A DNA stretch of 58,062 nucleotides, counting the filler, from Porpidia crustulata (taxonomy: Eukaryota), in NCBI GenBank assembly GCA_964255105.1. It is 6 parts of 6 records of this genome, joined end to end, with 100 filler letters (N's around TTAATTAATTAA, not from the genome) between each part and the next. Parts side by side here need not be neighbours in the genome. Positions count along the whole stretch, not along the records: positions 29,126 to 38,705 come from CAXUWE010000913.1; positions 38,806 to 48,384 come from CAXUWE010000914.1; 4 more parts are not named here. One strand, written 5' to 3'. The stretch's first letter is position 1. Each line of letters opens with the position of its first letter. Below the pieces are notes generated by a model that was not told the origin of the DNA, searched no databases, and was given only the letters and a program-made list of their open reading frames with translations. This document shows, in pieces, positions 36,328 through 48,384 of this stretch. The translations under genes and the position numbers were made by a program.

Positions 36328-38705
36328 ATGCGTTCTTCACTCGTTGCTTTTCTAGCGCTTCTAACCACATCGCTGTCGGCGCCCACTGCAGATTCAGGTG
36401 CCTCACCAACATCTGCAGCTGCCTCCGCTCAATCCACGATATGTGGCGATATTGTCAATTCAGGCAGTGAGAGCTTCGCGGACCGACTCTCTAGAAGCTA
36501 TAGCTAATCTCGCTGTAGAAATTGTTTTCCTGGCTAAGGATGCTTACGATTGTCTTACCAGTGTGCCCTTCAACCCTGCTGTCGCTACCCGGTTCTTGAA
36601 ATACTATAACGATACGATTCAATTCCAAAGCAATACTGCCTATATAAAGAACCCACCAACAAGCTATCAGCAGCCGCCATCGGATCTGTTCAAGGGGCTG
36701 GACGAGATTCAAAAGGCCATCGATGCAGGAGTTTTCCCCAATCAATATGCCTTCGAGGCAACTCTGCAGCAACTAATATATTCGGCCCACGACTCTCATT
36801 TGACTTTGAATGCTGGAATTCTGTCGGCGTTCAGTTTCGCTAGCGTCTACGGGATTGTATCGGTGTCCACCGATGGAATAGAGGATCCCAAGATTTATGT
36901 TCCGGGTATGATGGCCAACTGAGCCTCAGGAAAAGGTCGTAGCTGACTGTCGAGTAGACGATCTGATTGAAAGCCACCAAACCAGTGTCACCTGGAGACC
37001 ATCCGCAATTACCCTGATCAACGGTCAATCCGTCACAGATTATCTGACCCAATTCGCAGCCTTGAACGCCATTGGCGGCCTCGAGCCGAACGCGGATTGG
37101 AATCAATTGATGTCCAGTGCAGCGCTGAATATTTCAAACCTTTACAGTATTTTTGAAGGATTTACATCATTCTATCCGGGCGAGAATTTGACTTTCACCT
37201 TCGAGAATGGCACAGAAATTACAGAACCCTGGCTGGCAATCTACAACAGCCCGGGCGCTACGGGACCCCTAGAAACGGGTGGGGATTTCTACAACTTCTT
37301 CGTTTTGGGCTTCTACCCAGCATCATATGATCCGTTTGCTACGACCACAACTTCGGATTCCGCACCTTCGGCAACTTCGACTGAAACCTCCACTGCAACT
37401 TCAGCCACCGCCACCGCTACACCTACATCATGGCCTGACATTGCATATCCTCAAGATCCCGATGTTGTGCAACCTGATCTCACGTTCGGTGGCGTCGTGA
37501 CCGGCTATTTTCTCCGTGATATATCAGTAGCCGTGCTCAGCATCCCCACCTTTTCGGCATTTGGTACCGCGGTCGCAGATTTCTCTAACACCGTGGCCGA
37601 GTTTCTTCAAAAGGCAAAGGATGATGGTCTGTCGAAAGTGTTGATTGATCTGCAACAGAATGCCGGGGGTGACACGCTACTGGCATATGACACCTTCAAA
37701 CAATTCTTCCCGACCACCGAGCCTTTCGCTGGCAGTAGAATGCGCGCCCACGAGGCTGCCGACGTACTTGGCACGACCCTCACGGATGAGTACGACACTC
37801 AGACGTTGAACGACACGTTCTATTATGAGCTCTCTGCCAACGAGTGGGTGGCAACCGACCGGCTGAACGCCGACACCAGTCAAAATTTCACGTCGTGGGG
37901 GGAGTTCTTTGGGCCACATGAGTATAACGGGGATTCTTTTACCAATGTAGTACGTCGCGTCCCCTAGGGGTTCAATAAACGGGCTGCTCACGATGCGTAG
38001 GAACGCTATAACCTCTCTAGTTTTATCTTCGATGTGGTCGCGTCCGGAGGCATAGTTATCTACGGCTACGATGTACGCTCCCAAACACCTCCTCAACCAT
38101 ACGCAGCTGCAGACATTGTCCTTGTAAGCCCAGCCACCCCCGCAATCTGTCTTGACTATCCTAACCCTCGCAGCTCACCGATGGCCTCTGCGCTTCCACC
38201 TGCGCCCTCTTCGTAGAGATGATGCACCACGAAGCCGGCGTTCGCACCGTTGTCGTGGGTGGCCGCCCTAACCCTGGCCCCATGCAAGCTGCCTCTGGCA
38301 GTCGTGGCGCCGCCTATTACACTAATAGCGCTCTCGACCTTGACATTGCAACGGCAATTGAACTCAATGCGACCGCTGGCGACGTTCTCCCACCTCGCCA
38401 AGATGATGTCTTCATCACCTCCCTGACCTTCAATGTGCGTGACCAGATTCGCCAAGGCTCAACCACCCCCACGCAATTTCTCTACGACGGCGCCTCCTGC
38501 CGCATCTTTTATTCTTTCGCCACAATCTTCAACTATACCGCCCTATGGACCCACGCCGCCAGCGCCATCTTCTCCAATCCCGCCCTCTGCGTCCCTGGCT
38601 CCATCACTCCCACTTCGCCAACCGACTCCCCCCTTCCCCTTCTGCCGATCGCCCGAACTGGCGAAAACCTCACGGGAATCCATCTCAACCCTCCCAATAC
38701 TCCCA
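36328..38705 (+). CDS. Secreted peptidase S41 family protein, 3' end cut by contig break
   Basis: Signal peptide MRSSLVAFLALLTTSLSAP; AYDCLTSVPF, FQSNTAYIKNPP, VLIDLQQNAGG, LTDGLCASTCALFVEMM (after splicing), VRTVVVGGRP-GPMQA, ASCRIFYS; three introns. Confidence 0.88.
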
Positions 38706-38805
38706 NNNNNNNNNNNNNNNNNNNNNNNNNNNNNNNNNNNNNNNNNNNNTTAATTAATTAANNNNNNNNNNNNNNNNNNNNNNNNNNNNNNNNNNNNNNN
38801 NNNNN
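38706..38805. other. Artificial contig spacer
   Basis: Same linker. Confidence 0.98.
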
Positions 38806-38991
38806 CGTAAGCACCCCGAACACCTAGTCGTAGGACCTAGATGCTCTGTTTTCAACAATTTTAATGTTCGTTGCTTGTTTCTTAATGCAATCGTCGACGA
38901 TTGCAAAAACGGAAAGCTTTCGCTTAATTTTTTGATGGGCGATTGAACCCGATCGCCAATCCTATGTATAGAGAGATGGTTTCTTGTTTAT

Positions 38992-39525
38992 TTAATCTAC
39001 ATCGTTCATAATCTCCCACTTTGGATATATCGGTTTTCCTTCTTTCAGGTTTACTACCCGTCCTCCCTCGAGATAGACCTCAACCCAGCTGACGCTTGCC
39101 ACCACATGCAGTTTACTCACCCAATCACCCTCCTCCTCATGCAGTGCCTGGAAATCAGGATCGGCTGCAACGGCATACACGGCCTCCATGGACTTCATGT
39201 AATACTCCACGGTGACGTGATGATCGGAGATGACGAATCGCGAACCCCAATCGTTGTTCAAGTTGTGGGCCAGGGCCCGCAGCGAGCTGGGGGTGAAACA
39301 CTTGGGACAGAAGAACATAAGAAGGGAGGCGAGAAAAGACGGGGGAAGGAAGGTCCATATCGTACTTACCATTCCGTAAGACACGACGTCATGCCGTTCA
39401 CAGATGGGTGCTGCGCGCGCGCAATGATTCTCCGTGGCCCACTTGTGAAAAGCTTGCTCTGTAACATTCTCGTTGTGATAATGGGCGACTGAGAGACGAA
39501 GGAGGCGCTGTTTAACTGGTGCCAT
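38992..39525 (-). CDS. EthD-domain protein (AurZ-type dehydratase/decarboxylase-like), copy 1
   Basis: MAPVKQRLLRLSVAHY...FHKWATENH; intron 39301-39369; DHHVTVEYY...AADPDFQALHEEE...SWVEVYLEGGRVVN. Confidence 0.85.
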   Translation of the reverse strand: MAPVKQRLLRLSVAHYHNENVTEQAFHKWATENHCARAAPICERHDVVSYGMVSTIWTFLPPSFLASLLMFFCPKCFTPSSLRALAHNLNNDWGSRFVISDHHVTVEYYMKSMEAVYAVAADPDFQALHEEEGDWVSKLHVVASVSWVEVYLEGGRVVNLKEGKPIYPKWEIMNDVD

Positions 39526-40194
39526 CAAGAAGGAAAGACAAGAGAGACTAGCAGGAGTTGGGAACAGAGAGAGAATAACACAGAATGTCTTCGCAGGCAA
39601 GAGGATAAACGATCTTTTAAAGTTCTCGGGATTTGTATGTAAATTCTGATGAAGAGCATCATCTATTATCCAATGCCAGTTCATACAGCGTCATGATTCT
39701 CAGAACTAGCCGGCTGGACCACAATGCCGAGACTAGCAGCGTTTGTTTTCGGAGATTTCAACCCAAGATCTACGTCAAGCATACAGTATGCGCTTCGCCG
39801 GTTCCCTGTATTGATTTCACCCTCGCTGGCTGACATCTGATCCGAATCTTCGTTTATATGCTACATCTACGGAATGAGATTCGGGAGTCCTAAATACTCA
39901 TCCGCAAAGACCGATATTCATTATACCTTGGCGCTATCGGTACGCCGAATGACTAACAATCTACCTTAATACCTAAGATGTGCCAGTTGCGACGTTTTCA
40001 CGTTTTATAAAACAGCGATATAAATTTACCGCCATTGAAATTTAAATAGCAACCATCAAAGATTATTCTAACTCCCAGCTTAGCCACCTTAGCATCTTAT
40101 TGGTTGCAAATGATAAATTTTGCAGCTAGAACTCATAATATCATTGTTCCGTCTCTGACCTAACGACCTCGGGATTTTTTTCCCGGCGTGCACA

Positions 40195-41559
40195 TTACAT
40201 TTTGCCCGCCAGATACAATTCACCATATGGAGTTTTCCCATTCGTCAACTTGTTCTGCGTTGGCGCTCCCTGAATGTCCAAAGACTTTCGATGGATATCG
40301 AACTTCTTGTCCAACCATGAAAATGTTCGCTGCATCGAGTACCCAAAAGCCCCAATCTTAGCCTGCAACCCCCCAAAGACACTTTCCTTGGCAATCCACT
40401 CCTCCTTCTCGTCTAGACTGAGGTGCGTCAGAGAGTTGTAAATTTTAGTCGTGCTGGTCGAAGGGTCAAAGTAGAATGAAGAACCCGCGCCGGTGACAAG
40501 AACAGGACACTTGACAGCTTGCAGGTATTGAGTCCCATCGTGACAGAGTAGCGTGAAGTCAAAGCTATCTCGGATACACTCCGCCTCGGATTCCTTTCCA
40601 AAGATCCACTTCATGTGGTTGAACTCCCATCGGGCCTGGAAGTTTAGTGCGCTCAATGTACGGATAATACCATTGAACACACTATCTGGAATCGACCCAC
40701 GCTCAAAATAATTCCAGAGCATACTTGGCATACGTCCGGATATAAAGCTTTTCATGGAGTAGAAACCGTCAACGGAGATGCAAGCTTTGATACGCGGATC
40801 TACGGCTGCGCGGAGACTGTAGTAACCCCCCATAGATGCTCCGGTGATAGCGACACGGTTCAGATCAAGGCCGCTTTCTGGATGGGTGTGAGCGAATTCA
40901 AAAAGATAGTCCAAAACACGTCCGGTCACGGCTTCGTAGTCCGGCCTTATGGGAAGTTTACATTCACGGAGCACGATGCCCTGCCCAGGTCCCTCGAATA
41001 GTAGAACAGCATATCCGAGTTTAGGGCCCACGGAAGCGTTGATGAAATAAATTTCTTCCTGCGTTGAGTCCCCGCCCCCGTTGTTGATCAATATGGGGGT
41101 CTTCCCCGGTAGGCGTTTGTCAGCAGCAGGCAGGAAAAGATAACCAGGTAGCTTGATATCATTCTCGTATGGGATCTCTAGGAAATGAACCTCCCCATCG
41201 AGATACTTAACACCCTTCTTGAAATTGTCGATGGCCCGCTTCAGAGTTGGCAGGACTCGCTTGTCGTATCCAATTGGGCCTTCGTTAAGCATGAACTGCG
41301 CTGCACGCATGTAGTTTGATGACCGCAAGTATCCTCTTCGTGCGGCAATCCGATCACCTGTTGCCTCGCCTTCTTGGGCTATCGTCTCTGCCTGTGTACC
41401 AGCTTCCATCCATGCCGTATACCAGCTTTCTGGATCCAGGTCTTTGATCTTTCCAACGGCTTCTAGTATTTCTGCTATCTCTCCGCCTTCATAAGGAACC
41501 ATGGCAAGTAGGCGCAGGAATTCGAAGTTAAAAAATGGTGACTTGAAAAATTCGAACAT
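40195..41559 (-). CDS. Alpha/beta hydrolase (2,6-dihydroxypseudooxynicotine hydrolase-like; CcsE/PsoB-type cluster hydrolase)
   Basis: FFNFEFLRLL...GGEIAE, GGGDSTQEE, FEGPGQG, nucleophile elbow GASMGG; intronless 454 aa. Confidence 0.88.
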   Translation of the reverse strand: MFEFFKSPFFNFEFLRLLAMVPYEGGEIAEILEAVGKIKDLDPESWYTAWMEAGTQAETIAQEGEATGDRIAARRGYLRSSNYMRAAQFMLNEGPIGYDKRVLPTLKRAIDNFKKGVKYLDGEVHFLEIPYENDIKLPGYLFLPAADKRLPGKTPILINNGGGDSTQEEIYFINASVGPKLGYAVLLFEGPGQGIVLRECKLPIRPDYEAVTGRVLDYLFEFAHTHPESGLDLNRVAITGASMGGYYSLRAAVDPRIKACISVDGFYSMKSFISGRMPSMLWNYFERGSIPDSVFNGIIRTLSALNFQARWEFNHMKWIFGKESEAECIRDSFDFTLLCHDGTQYLQAVKCPVLVTGAGSSFYFDPSTSTTKIYNSLTHLSLDEKEEWIAKESVFGGLQAKIGAFGYSMQRTFSWLDKKFDIHRKSLDIQGAPTQNKLTNGKTPYGELYLAGKM

Positions 41560-42219
41560 TGTTGCTAGGATTATCAGAAAGTAGGATTGAAGTATTGAAC
41601 AGAACCTACTGGAAACCGTGTGGGGTACGTGCTAGGGTAAGAAAATTGATGTTGTCGCGATAATAAGAAACCTCTTTCACTTATTTGATTCAGTAACGAA
41701 CAACCCTTCAACGCTTTCAAGCTCATATTTACTTTTTCGCAGATGATTAATAACTCCGAAAAGCAATTACGGCATCTCCAAAATCCTTTGCAATGATATC
41801 CTAGATCTCGGATGTACCAGAAAGTAATAAATTTTAAGGGATACCGACTTTTGGCTATCGTCGGGTGCACGTGTTTGCGTCGTTCCGACTGAGTAAACTT
41901 CGGTGTTACATTTCGCTAATCGCGTTCGCGCTGACTACGAGTTCGATTTTCGGTGCTGAAAATGAATCCAGAAGCTGATCTGTGACTGAAGAATATGAAG
42001 AGATTTACTCCAAAGAATATACATGCCATGAAATCATTCATTATCAGCTAAGTAGATCACCTTATGTCTCTAGCTTGGTTTATATCAACAACTTAATATT
42101 TGAGCAGAAGCCAGTTCTTGTTTCAGTCCAGTTGAACAGGTAAAAGCAGACAATTAGCTTAAAAGTGATCCACAAACAGTTCAACAGACACCTTTATATG
42201 CTTCTATAGCATTCTGCCT

Positions 42220-44083
42220 TTACACGACCGCCCCGTTTGTGTGCAAATCCTTGCCCTTCGTACTCTCCTCCTGCTCTCGTCTTGCGGCTTCCTGAACATC
42301 CAACCCTGTTTTAGCAATCTTGTGCTCTTTGCTCAATACCTGCCGACTAATCAAGAGGCTAAGGAAGAAAGCGAGGACTCCGACGACTGTGAAGAATATC
42401 CAAATCGTGGACAGACTCTCAGTGTATGCAATGTGGACTACTTGTTTTTGAATACCACTAAGAGTCTGGATGAACTTCGTGGCTGCGGTAGCATCGCCGT
42501 TTATGAGTAAGTCCGTGATTCGGGGAGGTAAGACCATTTCTAGTTGTGAAGAATGCGCCTTCATACGATTTTGAAAAATGACCCCACCAATGACTACGGA
42601 CATGGCTTGCGCAATATCTCTAGCGAAGAAGACTGTCCCAGCTGCACTGGCAATATCGGCAGGACGTGTTAAACTGAAGATAGCGATGATTGGAGCTTGG
42701 AAAAGAGGTCCGATGCCAATACCGGATATAATCTGATAAATGACGATTCGAGACCACGAGGGTTGCGCTGGAAGGTTGATGTAAAGGCCATGCCCTAGAA
42801 CTAAGAAAAAGATTGCAAAGTAGATTGGCGGACGGTATCGGCCGCTCTTACTGATGTACATACCTGTGGCTGTTGAGACCACACATAGAGTAATAGCAAC
42901 AGGCAGTAGATAGACCCCGGAAAGGAGTGGCGAGGCTCCTAGTACCGACTGAAAATATAGCGGCAAGTAGAACAGATCTGCAATGAAGATGAACCCGTGA
43001 ATGAAGGCGATGCCGATAGCTGCAACATTGGAACCTTGTTTAAATATTCGTAGTGGGACGATCGGATACTTGGCAACTTTCCACTCAACAAGTAAAAACA
43101 GGCCAAAGGTTAGTACACCGAAGATAACGAGACATAGGACTGTGGCAGAGTTCCAGGGGAATGCGACTCCTCCATAAACAAGACCTAAAAGGAACATTGT
43201 TGTGGCACCAGATATGACAAGGGTCCCCAACCAGTCTATGGCTCCCAAGCCTTCCAGCAAGGGGGTCTTCGGGGTTTCAACTTCAAGGAAGAAGAAAACA
43301 AAGGTACCGGCAAGGCCAGCAATGGGAACTGGCTATATTCAGCATTCATCCTGGAACCTCACTCCTGAGTCGATGGGTAAGAATACTTACGATTGATCCA
43401 AAAGCACCACCTCCAAGTAACATATTCAGTAAACGCTCCGCCTAAGATAGGTCCCAAGCCACAAGCCAGTCCCCACACTATACCAAGAACACCAAAATAA
43501 GTGCTACGAGTGCTAGGTATGAATTAGTTGAAGGACTCACATTGTAAAACGGGGTTGTCGCTTACAGCGGGCTGAAAACATCGCCAATGACAGTAGCAGA
43601 GAGCGACAGAATGCCGCCACCTCCAATTCCTTGAACCACACGGCCTCCGATTAACATGTGGAGGTTGATCGACAGCGCAGCAATGAGAGACCCAATGAAG
43701 AACACAAAGATTGCAAGGAGTATAATAGGCTTGCGCCCAAAGATATCGCTGACTTTGTTCCAAGTTGGGGTTGCAGCCGCCGCGGGAAGCAGATACGAAG
43801 TACCGATCCACGTGTAGCCTATGGCGGAGGCTTTGAATGCTTCAGCAATAGTCGGAAGGGCGGTGGCGACGATGGTCTGTTCAACCGCTGCAATGAAAGT
43901 GGAGGTGCTGAGTGAGAGCATAAGCAGGATGACTTGTCTCCTCGTTAGGTTATCTCCTTCTGGGTGAGATTGTACATCTGCCACAGCAGCAGTCGGCTCA
44001 GTGAGCGATGGGATATTGTTTGGTCCCTCTTTCTCATTGATGGAGGGACCTGTGGCAGGTGATTGAGTTCCACTGTCGGACAT
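42220..44083 (-). CDS. MFS 14-TM drug/metabolite efflux pump (DHA2 type)
   Basis: [52 protein letters not shown]; two introns between ~43330 and ~43565. Confidence 0.92.
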
Positions 44084-44549
44084 ATTGTAAAATCGAAGGA
44101 TGTTGGGTTGATGCGGTTGGATGAGGAAGAAGTTTTGGATGAGGGATGGTTCTTGCCAGGTCTGCAATTAAATGAAAGGGGAGGGTCCATCTTCGAACTC
44201 TTGACAAATTACTACAATACAGCATTTGCGAATGCCATCAACCATCAAATGCGTGACACCGACCGCTGCCGATCTTTCGGTGTTTGCCAAGCCTTGTTCG
44301 GCGCTCAGCTTACATAAGTTACTAATCAAGTATGCGTTACTAATCACCAATCACGGGCTCAGGTACCACCCCAATTACCAACCACCGAACAAGGGAAATG
44401 GCCCATGGCACTGCGCATTGTTACAGTATCAATTTGAGGCCTACCATGATTAACGAGAACTCCTTGATCGTAGTCACCTGTCTCTATCGCTCCTGTCCGT
44501 GTTTCTCAGTCACGAGCCGGCTTACATCCACTCTTCAATCCACATCGCC

Positions 44550-45107
44550 ATGAACATGACTATCCAGCGTCTCCTCCGTCTGAGTCTTGCCCACTATCGA
44601 AAAGATTCATGCTCAGAATCAGATTGTCATTATTTCGGCGCGGTCCTACATGCGAAACAGGCGGCAACTCTTCATACTTCTCACGGAGTTCAGATATATT
44701 ACCAGGTATGTTCCATCAGATGCAGTCAGGACGCTGTCAAGATGATCGCTTCTGATCCGATTTCCATATAGCACTTTGCAACCAATGCAACGCGCCAAGC
44801 TCTCGAGAACTTTAAGCGCGAATTAGGGGCGAATTGGGTTATCGACCAGCACGATATGACTGTAGAGCTATACCTCCCTGATATGGCTACCCTAAAAGCT
44901 ATTGCCTCGGACCCAGAGTTTGCCAGCTTTAGTGAGCTGGAGGAACCATACATAAGTCGGAGACATGTCGTAGCCAGCCTGGGATGGGTGGAAGTGTATG
45001 TTGAGGACGGACGAGTCGTTGGCTTTGACAGCGAGGGAAATTCGGCTTACTCTCCATATTCAGAGTTTGTAGAAGACAAAGGCCAGTTGAGCAAGATGCT
45101 TAGATAG
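44550..45107 (+). CDS. EthD-domain protein, copy 2
   Basis: QRLLRLSLAHY; intron 44706-44771; DQHDMTVELY...IASDPEFASFSELE...LGWVEVYVEDGRVV. Confidence 0.87.
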
Positions 45108-45473
45108 TTAGGATCGAATCGACGTAGCTGCGCTTTGAAGTCTTGGTGAATGGAGAGTTGCAGGTATCAAGAAAACCACAGAATCTATACCCAGGCCGAT
45201 TTTTCTTGACCGCAAACAGAAACACGGGTTTTCACATTACAAATTATTACTTCTGAATACTTTTCCCAGTCTGTGTCCGGGCCCCTTTGTTCACCCGGGG
45301 GTGTCAGAAGTCATTGGACCACTTAGGTAAGACAGCCCTCTCCGAACCGTCCAATAACTTCTGACATCCCCGGGGGGTCGCAAAAGTGAGTGGAAATTTT
45401 CTGGTGGGGGAAGCAGGAAAAGTTTCCACTCACTTTTGCAGTTTGCACCTTGAGGTAGGTTAGGTACCTCAGC

Positions 45474-45699
45474 TACAAAAAAACCGCACCGCAAAATTGA
45501 TCCTTCACCACATCATCAAATTTACTACTGCATTCCTGAATTTATTTGCTTATAGAAGTCAACTGCATCTCGCGCTTCAGCTATAATAGATGTATCCTGA
45601 TGTTGAGAGCTTAACTTAATGTTGTTATCTCCAAAATTGTAGTAACAAATTTGATGCTGTAGGTAAGGGATCGAAATTGCGGTGCGATTTTATTTTGTT
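45474..45699. mobile_element. Degenerate MITE/fold-back relic with ~58-bp imperfect inverted arms
   Basis: 45475-45532 (acaaaaaaaccgcaccgcaaaattgatccttcaccacatcatcaaatttactactgca) aligns to the reverse complement of 45638-45698 (acaaaataaaatcgcaccgcaatttcgatcccttacctacagcatcaaatttgttactaca). Confidence 0.6.
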
Positions 45700-45730
45700 A
45701 CCCGCGTGCTTAGTTAGAGTCATTTATCAC

Positions 45731-45764
45731 GTGATTCAAAGCTTTCGCGGAAGCTTTGAATCAC
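45731..45764. repeat. 34-bp palindrome GTGATTCAAAGCTT-tcgcgg-AAGCTTTGAATCAC
   Basis: Perfect 14-bp arms around a 6-nt spacer, ~135 bp upstream of the Zn2Cys6 gene. Confidence 0.9.
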
Positions 45765-45898
45765 CATACTTTCAGTTGAATGCCACGTTACAAGCCGCAC
45801 GATTTATTCAACGATTAGCATTAGTCTAGCAAACCCCAGACCTCAGCAGACGGACCTCTAGAGACGTGGCGAGTATTAGAACCTTCTCGACTGCTGCT

Positions 45899-47314
45899 AT
45901 GCCTCAGCCCGTACGGCGCTATGCGTGCGACCGATGCCATGGGCAGAAATTACGTTGCCTTCATCAACGCGACGGCTGCGCTAGATGTGCCAAAGCGAAT
46001 GTACCCTGTACATGGACTGCGATAGTGCGCGGCGGACCGTCAGTGGATAGAACTGCTCCTCGCCCGTCTGCTGGTAGATTGGAGACGCTCACCCGCAGAT
46101 TCGAGGATGAAAACTCTGACCTCGTTGAACCCAACCTCATCACAGAAGATCAGGAATCGAATTTGTGGTCTGCATCAACGGCCAGTGAGTACTCCTTACT
46201 TCTCCAGGAAGAAACCCTGACCTGACCTAGTCGTTCAGGAGATAGCAACAGTCAAGACCATCGGCTACCTATTGAATCCGCCTCAAGTCCGTTTGTGGAC
46301 GTACCTAGCAACTTCCAAACGTTATACCACATCGCTCCAATTGACTCCAAGGGGTGTAACCCAGATATAGGTCTTGCGGAAGCCATTAATCTACCAAACT
46401 TTCTATACCACGATCCTGATGAGTGGCTCAATAGTCTGATCTGTCCAGCAAACTCACAGCAACTCCAGGACTTAACACCTACAAATTCCGACTTTCTCAG
46501 CCCTCTTGACTTTCCACAGGCGACCAATTATCAATACCAGACACAAACAAATGCACACGATGAAGATAGTCTAAACGCAGCTGGCACACTCCGTCATGAG
46601 ACAACGTCTGCAAGCTCTTCATTTTCTACGCTTTCCACCATAAGAGAGCTGAACAATCTCAACATTAAGCTATATGCGCATGCTTCCAGCATTCCAAAGC
46701 CACCCAACCTTACAACAGAGACCCTGAGCTGGAAAGACAAAGATTTCGCAATGGACCAAACATTTGAGCTATCGCAAAGCATGATAGCGCTGTTGAATCG
46801 TCTATCTCCCGCAAGGGCTATAGAGAATTCTTTGAACAATAGCCCGAAGTTCAATTCATTAACTCCACAATCTCCTCATCCTCTTGCGGATCCGGAATCA
46901 CCCCGTATAGACCAAGCATCTATGCTGATAATCTTGTCCTGCCACATTCGTTTGATGGAGACGTATGATCACATCTTCAGGAACATGCAAGCCTGCCTAG
47001 ATCGGTCTTCCACCACAGCACCCGAAGACTACGTGAGCCTCCCCTGTGTCAGCGTCGGTTCATTCTCTTTTCCGCCTACCTCCGCAATGCAACTCACCAT
47101 GATACTACATTGCGCATCGGAAATATTAGGTCGACTGCGTAAAGTCACGGTATCAAATAGATTATACACCGCCTCTCAGGATGAAGACTTCAGAGCTGGG
47201 TCTGATCTTGACCCCATAACTATAACTGCGAAAGCAGTCACGAGAAAGCAGAAGAAACTGATAGATCGAATCAAAAATTTGCGGCAGTCTCTCGTAATAT
47301 TAGACATCATCTGA
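45899..47314 (+). CDS. Zn(II)2Cys6 pathway-specific transcription factor
   Basis: ACDRCHGQKLRC-CARCAKANVPC; intron ~46185-46238; C-terminal ELNNLNIKLYAH...ASMLIILSCHIRLMETY...LPCVSVGSF typical of cluster regulators. Confidence 0.9.
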
Positions 47315-47371
47315 GCAGGAAAAATCTTCGCTGCTGAGAGTCTAGATGTATCGCTTGTAGCAGCCCCGTTT

Positions 47372-47878
47372 TCATACCGTCCTGACTTCGATCGCTCTCA
47401 GAACAGCCATTAAGAATAAGAGCACAGCCGGTATATTACATGTCGCGATCCTCCACCAGTTCATGTTAAGCCAAGGCTTCATCATTGCGAGATTTTTCTC
47501 GCCAGAAACTTTAGCATCCCAGATAGTTCCTATCATTCTCATCGCGGTCTTCCCAAAGACGGCATGCATTCCTGCAAAGAAACCACCTGCGAAGTACAAC
47601 ATCCGAGTCTGGTTGTCAAGGGCTGCTCCAGCATCTCCGAACCCGTTCAAAATTCCCAGAAGTCCCCCGAGGGGATGAACGATGCTGACGACCCAAATAA
47701 GCCTGCTAAAAACCACCGGAAACCAATGCGGGAGGACTGCGCCCGCTGGACCTTGGGGGACAGAAGGATGGACAAAGGGTTCGAATGTCCATTGCTGGTC
47801 ACAAGCGCACATCAGCCCGGCGGTGGAGGTAACCAGCGGCATTGTGCGCAAAATTTTGAGAATCAAGTTGCTGTACAT
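47372..47878 (-). CDS. Small multi-pass membrane protein, possibly DUF1772/anthrone-oxygenase-like
   Basis: 168 aa with about four hydrophobic helices; LPHWF, GGFFAGMH, W-L-MNWWR pattern; family assignment is tentative. Confidence 0.7.
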   Translation of the reverse strand: MYSNLILKILRTMPLVTSTAGLMCACDQQWTFEPFVHPSVPQGPAGAVLPHWFPVVFSRLIWVVSIVHPLGGLLGILNGFGDAGAALDNQTRMLYFAGGFFAGMHAVFGKTAMRMIGTIWDAKVSGEKNLAMMKPWLNMNWWRIATCNIPAVLLFLMAVLRAIEVRTV

Positions 47879-48384
47879 CTTGACGTACGAGTTGAGTTCT
47901 TAGATGTTCGGAATACTGGATATGGATCTTGGTTTCGAATGGATTGTGAATGATACTTCGAAAAGCGCTACTACACGGCGTTATTGGTAGAGTATATTTG
48001 AGCGCGCAATTCAATGAAAGAACGCTCGGCAAAACAAATCCGTAGATGATTGCTGGCTTATCAGGATAAAGTGCTTGTGATGCTTTAGTTAGTTGCAGTG
48101 ATACAAGTTCTATATATGCTTCGACTTAACATTGGACCAATAAGCCTATAGGAATTTTACTATTCTTCGGAATTCAGAGACTCAGAGACATGCCGAACCG
48201 CGAATCAGATAAGATTGCCTAAAGTACTTATTAAGCAGCTCCTGAATTCGGTAGTCGGTCCTCATGTTATCCGATGAACGAAAAAACAATATTTATTATT
48301 ACTATTATGCGTATTTTTAGTAGAACAATCGTGTTACGATCAGACCTTCCCCAACATCCCCAGCAGCCCACCGGATCAAGGTGG

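Noticed and set aside
36328..39525. S41 peptidase (and the NLR) as part of the EthD/MFS cluster, for example a RiPP-type locus
   Set aside because: Separated by an artificial spacer between unlinked contigs; no repeated precursor peptide or DUF3328 gene seen
39700..48300. Shared CGG/CCG Zn2Cys6 binding motif in the cluster promoters
   Set aside because: Several CCG-N-CGG variants occur but with inconsistent spacing; not supportable by eye
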